A DNA stretch of 64,000 nt from Candidatus Bathyarchaeota archaeon (lineage in GTDB: Archaea > Thermoproteota > Bathyarchaeia > Bathyarchaeales > Bathycorpusculaceae): positions 64,001-128,000 of the forward strand of contig CAWABA010000006.1 of assembly GCA_963780185.1 (NCBI GenBank). Direction: 5' to 3'. This document shows positions 22,419-31,901 of this stretch, piece after piece; positions within the stretch are counted from its first letter, which is position 1; every line of letters starts with the position of its first letter. The notes under the pieces were generated by a model. It ran no database searches. It was not told where the DNA came from and saw only the letters and a program-made list of their open reading frames with translations. Made by a program: the position numbers and the translations under genes.

Positions 22419-22688
22419 TTATAGAGGAGTTATTCTCACGATGTTTCTTTTTTCAAGTCTTCGCAGAGCATCCAAGCATTCGTCTTTTTTTTCGCCAGTG
22501 ATGTTGAGGCTAAGCATTATTTCTTTAACAGAGACTTCAGTTTTGCCGAAATTCTCATGGCGCTTGTGAAGATGTTGCACGATGGATTTTTCAAGCTTGC
22601 CGCATCGCCAAGTACTATTGCGGATCAAAACAACGATGGTTCGGACAAGTGTCTGCTCGTTAGACTTTCTTCCTCGAGGCTCTCCCAC
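22419..22688 (-). CDS. Small basic hypothetical protein, possible winged helix
   Basis: 89-aa ORF with GTG start, a GGCGGTGAG Shine-Dalgarno-like motif upstream and a T-run downstream. Confidence 0.65.
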   Translation of the reverse strand: MGEPRGRKSNEQTLVRTIVVLIRNSTWRCGKLEKSIVQHLHKRHENFGKTEVSVKEIMLSLNITGEKKDECLDALRRLEKRNIVRITPL

Positions 22689-22773
22689 TCACTCACCGCC
22701 ACATACACCGCATCAAGATATTTAACCATATCTAGAAACGGCTGAACGCTAATTTGAGGCTGAACGGCACCTT

Positions 22774-23223
22774 CTAGAGCGTTTTTTTCAGAAACAACCC
22801 GTGTTTATTGCCGTAATATTTTTCCAGTTTAGCAATTTTTTTGTAGCCGCTGTTTTGGTAGAGCTTTATTGCAGCGGCGTTGTCTTCTCGGACCTCCAGA
22901 TGGCTTTCGCTTACTCCTTTTTCCTTCAGAATTTTCTCTACTTCCCTCAGCATTTGGCTGCCGATTCCCTTTCGCCTGTAAGATGGCGCAACATTAAGCG
23001 TGACTATGTGTCCGAAGGGCGCGTCGTTTTCGATCTCAACCTGCGAAATTATGAACCCTGCAATCTCGCTGTCAGCTTTAGCAACCAAACCTATGGAATT
23101 GTAGTCGGTAAGCAGGTAGGCTAATTGCCGTTTCGTGAAGGCTTCTTGGTCAAAGCATTGATTCTCGATTTCGCAGAGTTTATCCAGCAACCGAATAGAA
23201 GCGGTTTCAATTTTAATATTCAT
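22774..23223 (-). CDS. rimI: RimI/Ard1-like N-acetyltransferase (GNAT)
   Basis: GHIVTLNVAPSYRRKGIG, LEVREDNAAAIKLY. Confidence 0.85.
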   Translation of the reverse strand: MNIKIETASIRLLDKLCEIENQCFDQEAFTKRQLAYLLTDYNSIGLVAKADSEIAGFIISQVEIENDAPFGHIVTLNVAPSYRRKGIGSQMLREVEKILKEKGVSESHLEVREDNAAAIKLYQNSGYKKIAKLEKYYGNKHGLFLKKTL

Positions 23224-23242
23224 TTATTTGTCTTAGGAACTA

Positions 23243-24322
23243 TTAGGGTACAGGGTCGATTTTAATTTTTTCCGTATTCACGGCAGTTGTTAACGCGGGT
23301 TTTAGCTCAAGCCATTGCTGCGCTCCAAAGCCTATGATGAAAAATATCCAGAGGGTGATGATTCTTGTGAGTATGGTGGCTGTGGCAGCCATTGCTCCTG
23401 GGATGCCCATCGAAATGTAAAGTGTCGTCATTACTGCCTCGGGAAGCCCAACTTCAAAAGGTATGCCCACAGGAATCGATTTGACAGCTAAGAATATGGC
23501 TGAAGTGACAATAATTATGCTTATTGAAACCGGGTAATCCAGCGATTGAAAAACAAGATACGGGATGGCTAGGCTGAAAAACCAGGAAATAAGCAAGTAG
23601 GACAACGAAAAAGCTATAGCTCTGGGGTTATGACGGAACTCCTTCATTGAATCGTGAAAATGATCTGTAATCTCGATGCCTTCTTCTTTCAATTTTTCCA
23701 GCTTTATTTTTCCTCTACTGATTTTCCGTGCAAAACCCGTTACCCAATTAATCCCTTTTAAGGTCCATTCCCGCTTCAACGACAAAATTCCCATCAGAAC
23801 AAGTATCCCAACGATTACAACCGCGACGAAAATGATCAGATTAAAAACAACGGGATTAACGTTGCCTCCGAAAGTAAGCAACACTAACCCTGCGACTAAT
23901 GCAACAGCGTTTATGGCGGTGCCGAGGAACCTGTGAGTGTAAAGTGACGCAACAACTTTGCCGAATGAGCCGCATCCGTCCCTTGTAAGCAAATATGTTC
24001 GGGTAACCTCTCCGCTGATGGATTGCGCTGGAACAATCGTATCAACATACATGCCGTACCAAACATAGAGGTAAGCACGAACCAAACTCATCTTGATGGA
24101 AAGATGATTAGTCAAAACCTTCCACGAAACCGTGAAAAACAAAACCTGAAACAAACCGAAAACGATGGCAACTGAGTAAATTAACGGGTCAGCTTTTTTT
24201 GCCGTGGCAAAAATGCCGAAAATGTCCACTTTGAACAGATAAATATAAAGGAAAAAACCAAATAACCCCAACAGAGGAAAAATCACCGTTTTCCACGTAA
24301 ACTTCATCTTGGGAAGTTGCAT
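23243..24322 (-). CDS. UPF0104 / lysylphosphatidylglycerol-synthase-TM (flippase-like) membrane protein
   Basis: Multi-TM, VPAQSISGE, IPVGIPFEVGLPE, LTRIIT. Confidence 0.75.
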   Translation of the reverse strand: MQLPKMKFTWKTVIFPLLGLFGFFLYIYLFKVDIFGIFATAKKADPLIYSVAIVFGLFQVLFFTVSWKVLTNHLSIKMSLVRAYLYVWYGMYVDTIVPAQSISGEVTRTYLLTRDGCGSFGKVVASLYTHRFLGTAINAVALVAGLVLLTFGGNVNPVVFNLIIFVAVVIVGILVLMGILSLKREWTLKGINWVTGFARKISRGKIKLEKLKEEGIEITDHFHDSMKEFRHNPRAIAFSLSYLLISWFFSLAIPYLVFQSLDYPVSISIIIVTSAIFLAVKSIPVGIPFEVGLPEAVMTTLYISMGIPGAMAATATILTRIITLWIFFIIGFGAQQWLELKPALTTAVNTEKIKIDPVP

Positions 24323-24589
24323 TTGGCTTTTTGCACCTGAAGTAAACGGTGAAATGTGGAGCTAGGAATATATTCTTTGCCCAAATCCAAGCTGATATTT
24401 TTTCGAGTTACCCCGCGCTGAGCTTGACGGTGCAATTTGAAAAGTCGTGGCTTCAGATTTAGCCTTTAAGCTTCTTTTAAGGCTTAAAGCAAGATTTCGT
24501 AGAAATACTTCATGCTGCCAGCAGTGCAACAAAAGAATAAAAAAGCAAAAAAGAGTTAGATTGTTTTTTCAACACATCGAAAGCTTAGT

Positions 24590-25160
24590 TTAGTATCTCG
24601 GTCTGTAACCGCCGCCACCGGCTCCGCCGCCGCGACGATCCCGATTGTTTCTGTCTCTTCCGCCGCCATAACCGCCTGCCACCGTATCCTCCGCCGCCTC
24701 TACCGCCGCCGTATCCGCCTCTTCCGCCGCCGCCTCTGAATGGTCTGCGTTCTTGCTCGTATGCTTTGCTTGACACATTGTTTTCTGTGTTTACTTCAAC
24801 GGTCAATGGTTCCTTTGCTGGCTCAAGCTTGCCGTATTTGCCGATGTTCAGGCGGATGTTGCCTTTGAAAAGAGTAACATAGCCGTTTTCCACGCGTAAA
24901 GTGTCGCCTTCGTTTACTTTGTCGATGTTGTCATCCCAAAGTGTCAGGTACACAACGCCCGTTTCGTCACCGACCAGCGCGTCGCTCACCTTATGTGGCG
25001 AGCCGTCTCTGCCCATTGGAATTTCTCTGATTTCAGTCTTAGATACAACTTTGGCCGTAACGTTAACCGCTTTAGATTGTGGGGTTAAGTCGCCGACTTT
25101 AGCTTCTACTGGTGTCTTTTTGTTTTCGAAAAAACCTTCAACAGCCAATTGGTTCAACAT
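24590..25160 (-). CDS. ssb: Single-OB-fold single-stranded DNA-binding protein with Gly/Arg-rich tail (frameshift in tail)
   Basis: VNVTAKVV, VGDETGVVYLTLWD, ENGYVTLFKG. The tail continues GGYGGGRDRNNRDRRGGG...RPRY in another frame. Confidence 0.85.
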
Positions 25161-25570
25161 CCATATATTTTGGTTCTAAGACAAAACTACAAGCTCTCTA
25201 CACTTAAGTTTTTCGCTTCACCAATTCCCAACCAACCCCAAAAATTTTACCACCCATTTCCAATACACTTCCAAGCACCACCTTCACCCATGAAAACCTC
25301 GGCTCTCACGTCAACAAGGCAGAACACAGCTTTCTTTGTAAAACTAAAGGAAAATCACTAAAGACAAAGTATGTGCGACTACCCAATTGGATGTTTAGTC
25401 CAGCTTTATCGGGTGATTCAACTTGTCCCCTCTGAAGAGACGTCCAGTGTCAAATAAGGGAAAAAATGCTCGCTGAAATATTGAAATTTAAGCATTTGAT
25501 TAAATATTTTTTTATTATTGAACATTGTTTTAGGTGAACTGTATTGTTGTTGTACGTATATGCCTAGTCC

Positions 25571-25578
25571 TTATATAT
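25571..25578 (+). promoter_or_regulatory. Candidate TATA box for the peptide transcript
   Basis: TTATATAT in an AT-rich intergenic region about 190 nt upstream of the peptide ATG. Confidence 0.4.
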
Positions 25579-25765
25579 TACAAGTTACGATATGCTATAT
25601 CAAAGCAGGGGATCAACGCCAACGTCACCACCCAAACTGCCGCTGGCGTAACATTTGCAACATAGATTGACAGGGAATAACTGCTCAGTTGGGTCAGTGT
25701 ATCTATGAAACTCCCAATTGGAAGAACCCAAACAATAATCGGTTAACTCGGGAAGAGGTGATGCA

Positions 25766-25822
25766 ATGAGCAAGAAAGCTATCAGAGCCAAAGGCAACAT
25801 ATACTGGGGCGGATGGGGTTAA
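25766..25822 (+). CDS. 18-aa putative precursor peptide MSKKAIRAKGNIYWGGWG
   Basis: GAGGTGA at 25755-25761, ATG at 25766, TAA at 25820-25822, oligo-T tract immediately downstream. Too short for the ORF track. Confidence 0.7.
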   Translation: MSKKAIRAKGNIYWGGWG

Positions 25823-25839
25823 TTTTCCCAACCGAACCA

Positions 25840-25860
25840 TTTTTCTTTTTTTCTTTTTTT
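25840..25860 (+). terminator. Archaeal oligo-T terminator after the peptide ORF
   Basis: TTTTTCTTTTTTTCTTTTTTT. Confidence 0.6.
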
Positions 25861-25906
25861 AGAAAAAACCTAAATTCGATAAACATCAAAAGGAAAGCGT
25901 ATTGAT

Positions 25907-26902
25907 ATGACTTACAACTCACTAACCGACCATGCTTTAGATATAATTCGCCTTCATGGGAAACAGGTTTTGGATCAGGCTTGCCGAAAAATCCTTGAGT
26001 CTGACTACGGCGACGAAGCATTAAACGCCGCCATGAAGTATTATGCTCAGTCAACTCTTCAAAATGTCCTGCCGATTTTTCCCACCCTGATACATGTTTC
26101 CTGCGCTGCCGTAGGCGGCAACCCAGAAAAAACAAAATCTTTAGCCACTCCGATGATGCTAATTACCGCTTCAGGCGACATCCACGACGACATCATTGAC
26201 AAATCAAAACGGAAACTTCGAAGAAAAACGGTTTTCGGCAAATACGGAAAAGAAATGGCTATTCTTGTAGGAGACACCTTCTTAATCGAGGGAGTCACGC
26301 TTCTAAACAACGTCTGCGGCGACTTGCTGAGTGAGCAGAGAAAAACTATTTTCGATTTGGTAGAGAAATCAATGTTCGAAAGCATTAAAGCAGAGTTGGT
26401 TGAAACCCGATTGTGGAAGACGCCAGAAGTGACGCCTCAGGAGTATTTTGAAGTCCTCAAAATGAAAGGGAGCGTGGCTGAACTTCAATGCAGAGTAGGT
26501 GGAATAGTTGGGTGCGCCAACGGGAACGCTCTTTCTGAAATAGCGCGTTATGGCAGAGTAATTGGCATTTTGTCATCGGTGAAGGATGAATTTATGGATA
26601 TGAACAACTTTCCCGAGCTTAAACACCGCCTCAAACATGAATTGCCGCCCTACCCAGTCATTTACGCACGTCAAAACAAACTGTTAAGAAAAAAAATAGA
26701 TCCACTTATCAACAGGAAGGAGCCACTGAAAAAGAATCTTCAACTCATGGCTGATTTAGTCCTAAATTCCAAGGAAATTCAAAAGTTGAAGGCTGAGCTG
26801 GCGGAGTTGGGACAAAAGGAACTCAAAGAGAATTCTCTTTTGAAGGCTGAAAAAGGGAACGAGGCAGCGATTTTGCTTCAAGCCTTAGCTTGCGAAATGT
26901 AG
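25907..26902 (+). CDS. Divergent class I isoprenoid-synthase-fold (polyprenyl synthetase family) protein, possible ComQ-like peptide prenyltransferase
   Basis: First Asp-rich motif IHDDIID and KTVFGKYG...AILVGD are present. The GKRxRP motif is absent and the second Asp-rich motif is degenerate (SVKDEFMD). Confidence 0.85.
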   Translation: MTYNSLTDHALDIIRLHGKQVLDQACRKILESDYGDEALNAAMKYYAQSTLQNVLPIFPTLIHVSCAAVGGNPEKTKSLATPMMLITASGDIHDDIIDKSKRKLRRKTVFGKYGKEMAILVGDTFLIEGVTLLNNVCGDLLSEQRKTIFDLVEKSMFESIKAELVETRLWKTPEVTPQEYFEVLKMKGSVAELQCRVGGIVGCANGNALSEIARYGRVIGILSSVKDEFMDMNNFPELKHRLKHELPPYPVIYARQNKLLRKKIDPLINRKEPLKKNLQLMADLVLNSKEIQKLKAELAELGQKELKENSLLKAEKGNEAAILLQALACEM

Positions 26903-27081
26903 CCTAGACGCCTGAGTTTGCTTTTGGACAGGTTCGCTCGTCGACTTTTTGTTTTCCGCCCTTTTTCTTCCTCCACTGGATTGAACCTGTTGACTGGATT
27001 CAAAATATGGATTCAAACCTTAAATTTTGGCTTCTTAAAACTTAACTATTTTTTCACAGTACAACCGTTCCATGGATACCG

Positions 27082-28452
27082 ATGCCACTTAGCGGATTTA
27101 ACGTGAAGCTCGGTTCAGAGTCAAAGGATCTGTTAGTGGGCACTTTTCTGGTGGCAAATGCTTTTGTTTGGTATCTGAGTGCTTTTAGGTTTTTGTGGGG
27201 CGACTTCGCTGGCAATTCGTTGTTGGCGGTAATTTCCGTTAACGTTGTGTGTCTAATAATTACCGCTTTCTTTGTGACATTGCTAATGAATCGGTTCAAG
27301 CAGCGCCTAGTTTTTTTGAAATATTGGATTCTTGCGGGAATATTGCTCTCAGTGTCTTATGCATTTCTGGATTTTACTAATATTCTAAGCTCCATTATTG
27401 CATCGGGTTTTCTAGGGTTTTATTTTGGGGTAGGTATGCCCATCTGCATGGGGTATTTCGCTGCAACCAGCAAGTCTGAAAATCGGGGTAAGTCAGGCGC
27501 GATAATAATTCTCATGATAGGCTTTGGCTTTCCAATCCTTACTACCATCGGAGGTTCACAGAACCTTGTAATAGCTACCGCGTTAACGGCATGGCGATTT
27601 TTGGCTTTGGGCAGCTTATTTGTTTTTAAGCCCCTCGATAGAACGGCGGAGACTAAAAACGCGGTTTCTTATCGTTCGGTTATTGGAAACAAAACTTTCC
27701 TGTTGTATCTTGTTCCCTGGTTTATGTTTGTTCTCATAAATGAATTGGCGATGCAAATCAATGCGGATTACTTCAGCAAATTGTCCCAAGCCTTTTCCAA
27801 CAACTATTTAATTATAGAAAATGTTCTTTCAGGAATTTCCGCGGTTGTCTGTGGCTTTTTGGCTGACAAGAAGGGGAGAAAACGGATTGCTTTATTCGGT
27901 TTTGCACTTTTGGGTATAGGATATGCCGCTCTTGGTCTCTTCAACTCGGGCAATGTTGCAGGCAATGTTGCTTCGATTGCGGCTTGGTTTTACGTTTGTG
28001 CAGATGGAATAGCTTGGGGTGCTTTTGCCATGCTTTTCTTAGTTACAATTTGGGGGGACATAGCGCATGAGCGGAATAGTGAGAAATATTATTTCGTCGG
28101 TGTCCTTCCGTACTTAATTTCTAATTTGGCAGGTCACATGATGGGGTCGGTTATTTCAAAAAACATCTTGGACGACTCAGTTGGTACCGTTTTCTCTTTT
28201 GCAAGCTTCTTCCTATTCATCGCCATCTTGCCGCTGGCTTATGCCCCTGAAACCTTGTCTGAGAAAATCATGAGCAGGCTGGACATCAGCGACTACGTCG
28301 CCAAGGCTCTTGAAAAAGTCAAGAAGGAGGATTCGAGAAAACCGCAGGTACAAGCGGCGGCAGAGGAAAACGAAGAAAGTCAAGAACGGTCTTTAGGCTC
28401 ATCGCTGGAAGACGCTGAAGCAAAGAAACTGGCGGAAAAATACTACTATTGA
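27082..28452 (+). CDS. MFS transporter
   Basis: About 12 TM helices, GFLADKKGRKR motif A, APETL and a charged C-terminal tail. Confidence 0.85.
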   Translation: MPLSGFNVKLGSESKDLLVGTFLVANAFVWYLSAFRFLWGDFAGNSLLAVISVNVVCLIITAFFVTLLMNRFKQRLVFLKYWILAGILLSVSYAFLDFTNILSSIIASGFLGFYFGVGMPICMGYFAATSKSENRGKSGAIIILMIGFGFPILTTIGGSQNLVIATALTAWRFLALGSLFVFKPLDRTAETKNAVSYRSVIGNKTFLLYLVPWFMFVLINELAMQINADYFSKLSQAFSNNYLIIENVLSGISAVVCGFLADKKGRKRIALFGFALLGIGYAALGLFNSGNVAGNVASIAAWFYVCADGIAWGAFAMLFLVTIWGDIAHERNSEKYYFVGVLPYLISNLAGHMMGSVISKNILDDSVGTVFSFASFFLFIAILPLAYAPETLSEKIMSRLDISDYVAKALEKVKKEDSRKPQVQAAAEENEESQERSLGSSLEDAEAKKLAEKYYY

Positions 28453-28728
28453 ATCGCGGCTTGGTTTGGTTGGTTTCTACCTTTTTGTTGGTTTTGACCC
28501 TTGCGTTTTTGTGCAATGGTACCCAATAGGAGGGCAAACCATATACGGATTCAATATACACTTCCCATATACAGCCTATAGAAACTTGGCAAAAGCATTT
28601 GGTTATTTGGGCTTTTATTCTAAAGTTACGCGTGTTTAAAGAATTTAGGAGTCTAAAACAAAATATGAGCAAACAGCCTGCAATAGCTTTTTTAGTTATC
28701 GCTTTTAATTTATTTCGCTGATGCGTTT

Positions 28729-29763
28729 ATGTCTGAAGATATTTGGGTTCCAATGGATGGAGACACCTTTGTCACTAAAGACGGCTTCATCCTTAACACC
28801 TTCGGCTACGAACATCCCGACGACCGCGTATTCGCGTTCCTAAAGTACATTCCCGCCCAGTACAGGGAACTCTTCAATGTGGAAATGCTGGAACGCACCT
28901 GGAAGTTCGGCGGCAATCAGCTTTTCAGGGCTGAAAAACTCTACACGGCAAAGAATTATCAGACCTTCATCGAGGCGTTCCGCAAAAACTTCCCCGACTA
29001 CCTCTACTTCTGCCCCTTCCGCAACAAAGAACTAATCACCGCGCCGTTTGACCGCATAGAGCAGGTTTTTGTTCCCAAAGACCGATTGGTTTGGCTGACG
29101 AACCTGCCGAAACGCGACAAACTGCAGCAGATGGCGCTTGACCTCATCAATTTAATCTCTAAAGAATCAGGCGTCGACCTATGCGACCTTGGGAATTCAC
29201 GGCTCAATTGCCCTGCAGATGCATGCGCCCGAATCCGACATCGACTTTGTCGTTTACGGCACCGAAAACTTCCGCCAAGTTGAAGAAGCAATCGCGCGGC
29301 TTGTTAATGCTGGAAAACTCACCTACATCGTGGGCAACCGCATTGAAGCCGCAAGAAAATTCCAAGGAAGGTACCAAGGAAAAATCTTCATGTACAACGC
29401 CACCAAAAAACCTGAGCAAATCAAGGAAAAATATGGCGCTTACCGCTACGTCCCGCTTGACCCAGTAAGATTTGAAGCCACCGTCAGCGACGACACGGAA
29501 ACCATGTATCGTCCCGCAGATATACGGGATTTCGGGTTACAAGCCTTTGGATGACCAGTCTGAACTTGAATTAGACAAGATACCTCTCGCAAGTTGTTTC
29601 AAACATTGGGCTTTACCGAAACGTTGCAAGGTGCGGCAGCACAATCAGGGTTTCTGGCAAACTTGAACGGGTCGAATCTACAACTTCGAGCGAGGTTCAT
29701 TATCAGGTGGTTGTTGGAACAGCTACGTCAGAGGAAGAATACATTTGGCCAGTAATAGCGTAG
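28729..29763 (+). CDS. Predicted nucleotidyltransferase (COG1665-like), paralog 1, frameshifted
   Basis: DGDTFVT...FGYEHP and GIHGS...[10 protein letters not shown]. Ends EEYIWPVIA with TAG at 29763. Confidence 0.75.
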
Positions 29764-30824
29764 CGCTGCGGGACCGCGACGCCATCGAAACCGCTGAAGG
29801 CTTAATCTTCCGTGTCTTCGGCTACTCGCATCCGCCAGCCGCCTACATCTGCGACGCCGAGTATGCTTCATCAAAAATTTTCCAGTCAAAAGACCCCCGA
29901 GCGCCGCGAGAAGGCAAAGGGCAGCTTTACTTTAAATTCTACAACGACGAAGGCATGAAACTCGTCTACAAAAAGTACCCGCAGTACCAAGTTTTCCACG
30001 AAATGCTCGGGCTAAACCTTGTCGGAGTAAAAAACGGCGACATCGCCGAAGCCAGAAAACCCGAGGTGCGACTGCAAAAGCTGCTTGACGCGGGTCCAAC
30101 AGATGAGTTGTTGGCAGCTATGGAGCGGGTCCTTATGATATCGCTCAATAATTCAGGGTTGAAAACGGAGAATTTCGGTGTCTTCGGCTCCATGCTGCAT
30201 GGATTTCATCACCCCAAATTTTCAGATATCGACCTGATAGTTTACGGCAAAAAAGAGAACGCCAAAATGCGACGAAACACTCCAAGCCCTGTACGCTGAT
30301 GCCCAGTCTGGTTTTCATAACGAGTTCGAGTCTGACAAAGCCATGGAGGGTAAGGATTGGCGTTTCCAAAACTTTACCGTTGAAGACTTCGTTTGGCATC
30401 AACGCAGAAAACAGATTTACGGGTTATACGATGACAAAGCAAGCGGGCGAACCATTAAAGCCGAGTTTGAACCTGTGAAGGCTTGGAGCGAAATCAAATC
30501 AGAATACGATCCGCGGACGTGCATAACACAGCAGGGGCTGGGTTAAACTTAAAGCGCGCATAACAGCCGACGACGAGGCGCCGTTTATTCCGTCGATCTA
30601 TGGCATTGAGCCTCTGGAGGTTATCAGCGGTCCAAAGGAAGCGTTCGAGGTGCACGAGGGTTTTCTCTTTCATGGAGGAGTTCCGTCAGCAGGCACAAAA
30701 AGACGAAGAAGTCTTGGTTGAAGGGAATCTTGAAGAAGTTATGTCGCCAACTGAACAATTCCACCAGGTCACATTGACTTATTGCCCACGCTACTACGAA
30801 CAAGTCCTCAAAGTGCAGCATTAA
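29745..30824 (+). CDS. Predicted nucleotidyltransferase (COG1665-like), paralog 2, frameshifted
   Basis: RDRDAIET...FGYSHP and GVFGS...FSDIDLIVYG. Continues in ORFs 30343 and 30600. Confidence 0.75.
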
Positions 30825-31840
30825 ATACGCGAGAGAACCATGTAGTCTGACGGTTTGTTCCCAAGGATTAAGCGGTAATGTTCGGTGCCTGTTTTGTTGT
30901 CTGTGACCAATTCAACTTTTCCCTGAGCCTCAATCGTCTCGCCGTTTTCTGCTTGTTCACAGAATCTGCCGCGGAATGAAACAATCTCATCTATTGACGG
31001 CAAGTTGGGTCCTTCAACAATTTGAGTGTCTTGCAGCTTGTAGGAGCAGGGCGTGAAAAGCGAGTCTGCTCCGTCAGCTATTTTGGCAACTATTTTTGCG
31101 TAGCCGCTGTTTTTGAAGCATACGTCTCCGTATTGCTCGCTGATTTCGCGCCAATCCTTCACGAAGCGGATGAAGTAGTCTGTGCCCATGAACTTGCCTT
31201 GGAACGCCTTGCGGCTTTCGACCAAAACGAAATCTTCGAAGCTCATCTGAGTATCCTTCGAACGGAAATCGAAAAGCTCCTGCAGCTCCCCCTCCGTATA
31301 AGCCTTGAACCCTGAATGCTCATCCTCACGAAGCCTTTTGAGAGCAGCGTAAGCGTTTCTGCAGTTTTCCACGCCGTAAACAAGGGGGTCGATGTCTGAC
31401 TTCTCCGTTGTTAACCCAGCCATTATCGAGCCTGAAATGCCTATGCTGCTCCATGGGATGCCTGCTTCTTTTTTGAGGGTTTCCGCCAGCTGCAAGGCTT
31501 TGCTTTCTAAAACGGTGAGGTCTTTGGAGGTGCGTAGTGCCCAGAGTTTTTCTTCAGGCTTGTAGTGCTCAGCCACCTGATCAACAGGAACTTCACACAT
31601 AGTCTCGCCCATTACGGCGTCAAAAACGATGAGGTCAGGGTAATTTTCCTGCAGGTACTTGAATCGGTCGCCCAGACTGTACACTTTGCCGTAAAGGCTG
31701 TCTTTGCCCTGCCGTGTGCCCTGAGGCGAAGGAATGAACCGTGGAAAAGCAACGATTTTTCCCGCTGGATGCGTTAAGCCTTTAACGTCAAAAACCACGC
31801 CGCTTTTCGTTTTGATTAAGTCGCCTTCACGTGCCCTCAC
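30821..31840 (-). CDS. Predicted nucleotidyltransferase (COG1665-like), paralog 3
   Basis: REGDLIKT...KGLTHP, GISGS...KSDIDPLVYG, SFRGRFCEQA...GKVE. Confidence 0.8.
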   Translation of the reverse strand: MRAREGDLIKTKSGVVFDVKGLTHPAGKIVAFPRFIPSPQGTRQGKDSLYGKVYSLGDRFKYLQENYPDLIVFDAVMGETMCEVPVDQVAEHYKPEEKLWALRTSKDLTVLESKALQLAETLKKEAGIPWSSIGISGSIMAGLTTEKSDIDPLVYGVENCRNAYAALKRLREDEHSGFKAYTEGELQELFDFRSKDTQMSFEDFVLVESRKAFQGKFMGTDYFIRFVKDWREISEQYGDVCFKNSGYAKIVAKIADGADSLFTPCSYKLQDTQIVEGPNLPSIDEIVSFRGRFCEQAENGETIEAQGKVELVTDNKTGTEHYRLILGNKPSDYMVLSRI

Positions 31841-31901
31841 ATGAACCCCTGCTTTTATTTTCTAATAAGTTTAATAAACCTTCTTTGCGCCAATTAAGTC
31901 G

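Noticed and set aside
25705-25746. 13-aa ORF MKLPIGRTQTIIG upstream of the peptide
   Set aside because: No Shine-Dalgarno, no Trp and no similarity to the 18-aa peptide, so it is not supportable as a second precursor.
25600-25800. 66-aa minus-strand ORF (MLPLALIAFLL...) from the ORF track
   Set aside because: It is antisense to the peptide ORF, which has the Shine-Dalgarno, terminator and operon orientation. Its hydrophobic start is just the reverse reading of the Lys/Ala/Arg codons.
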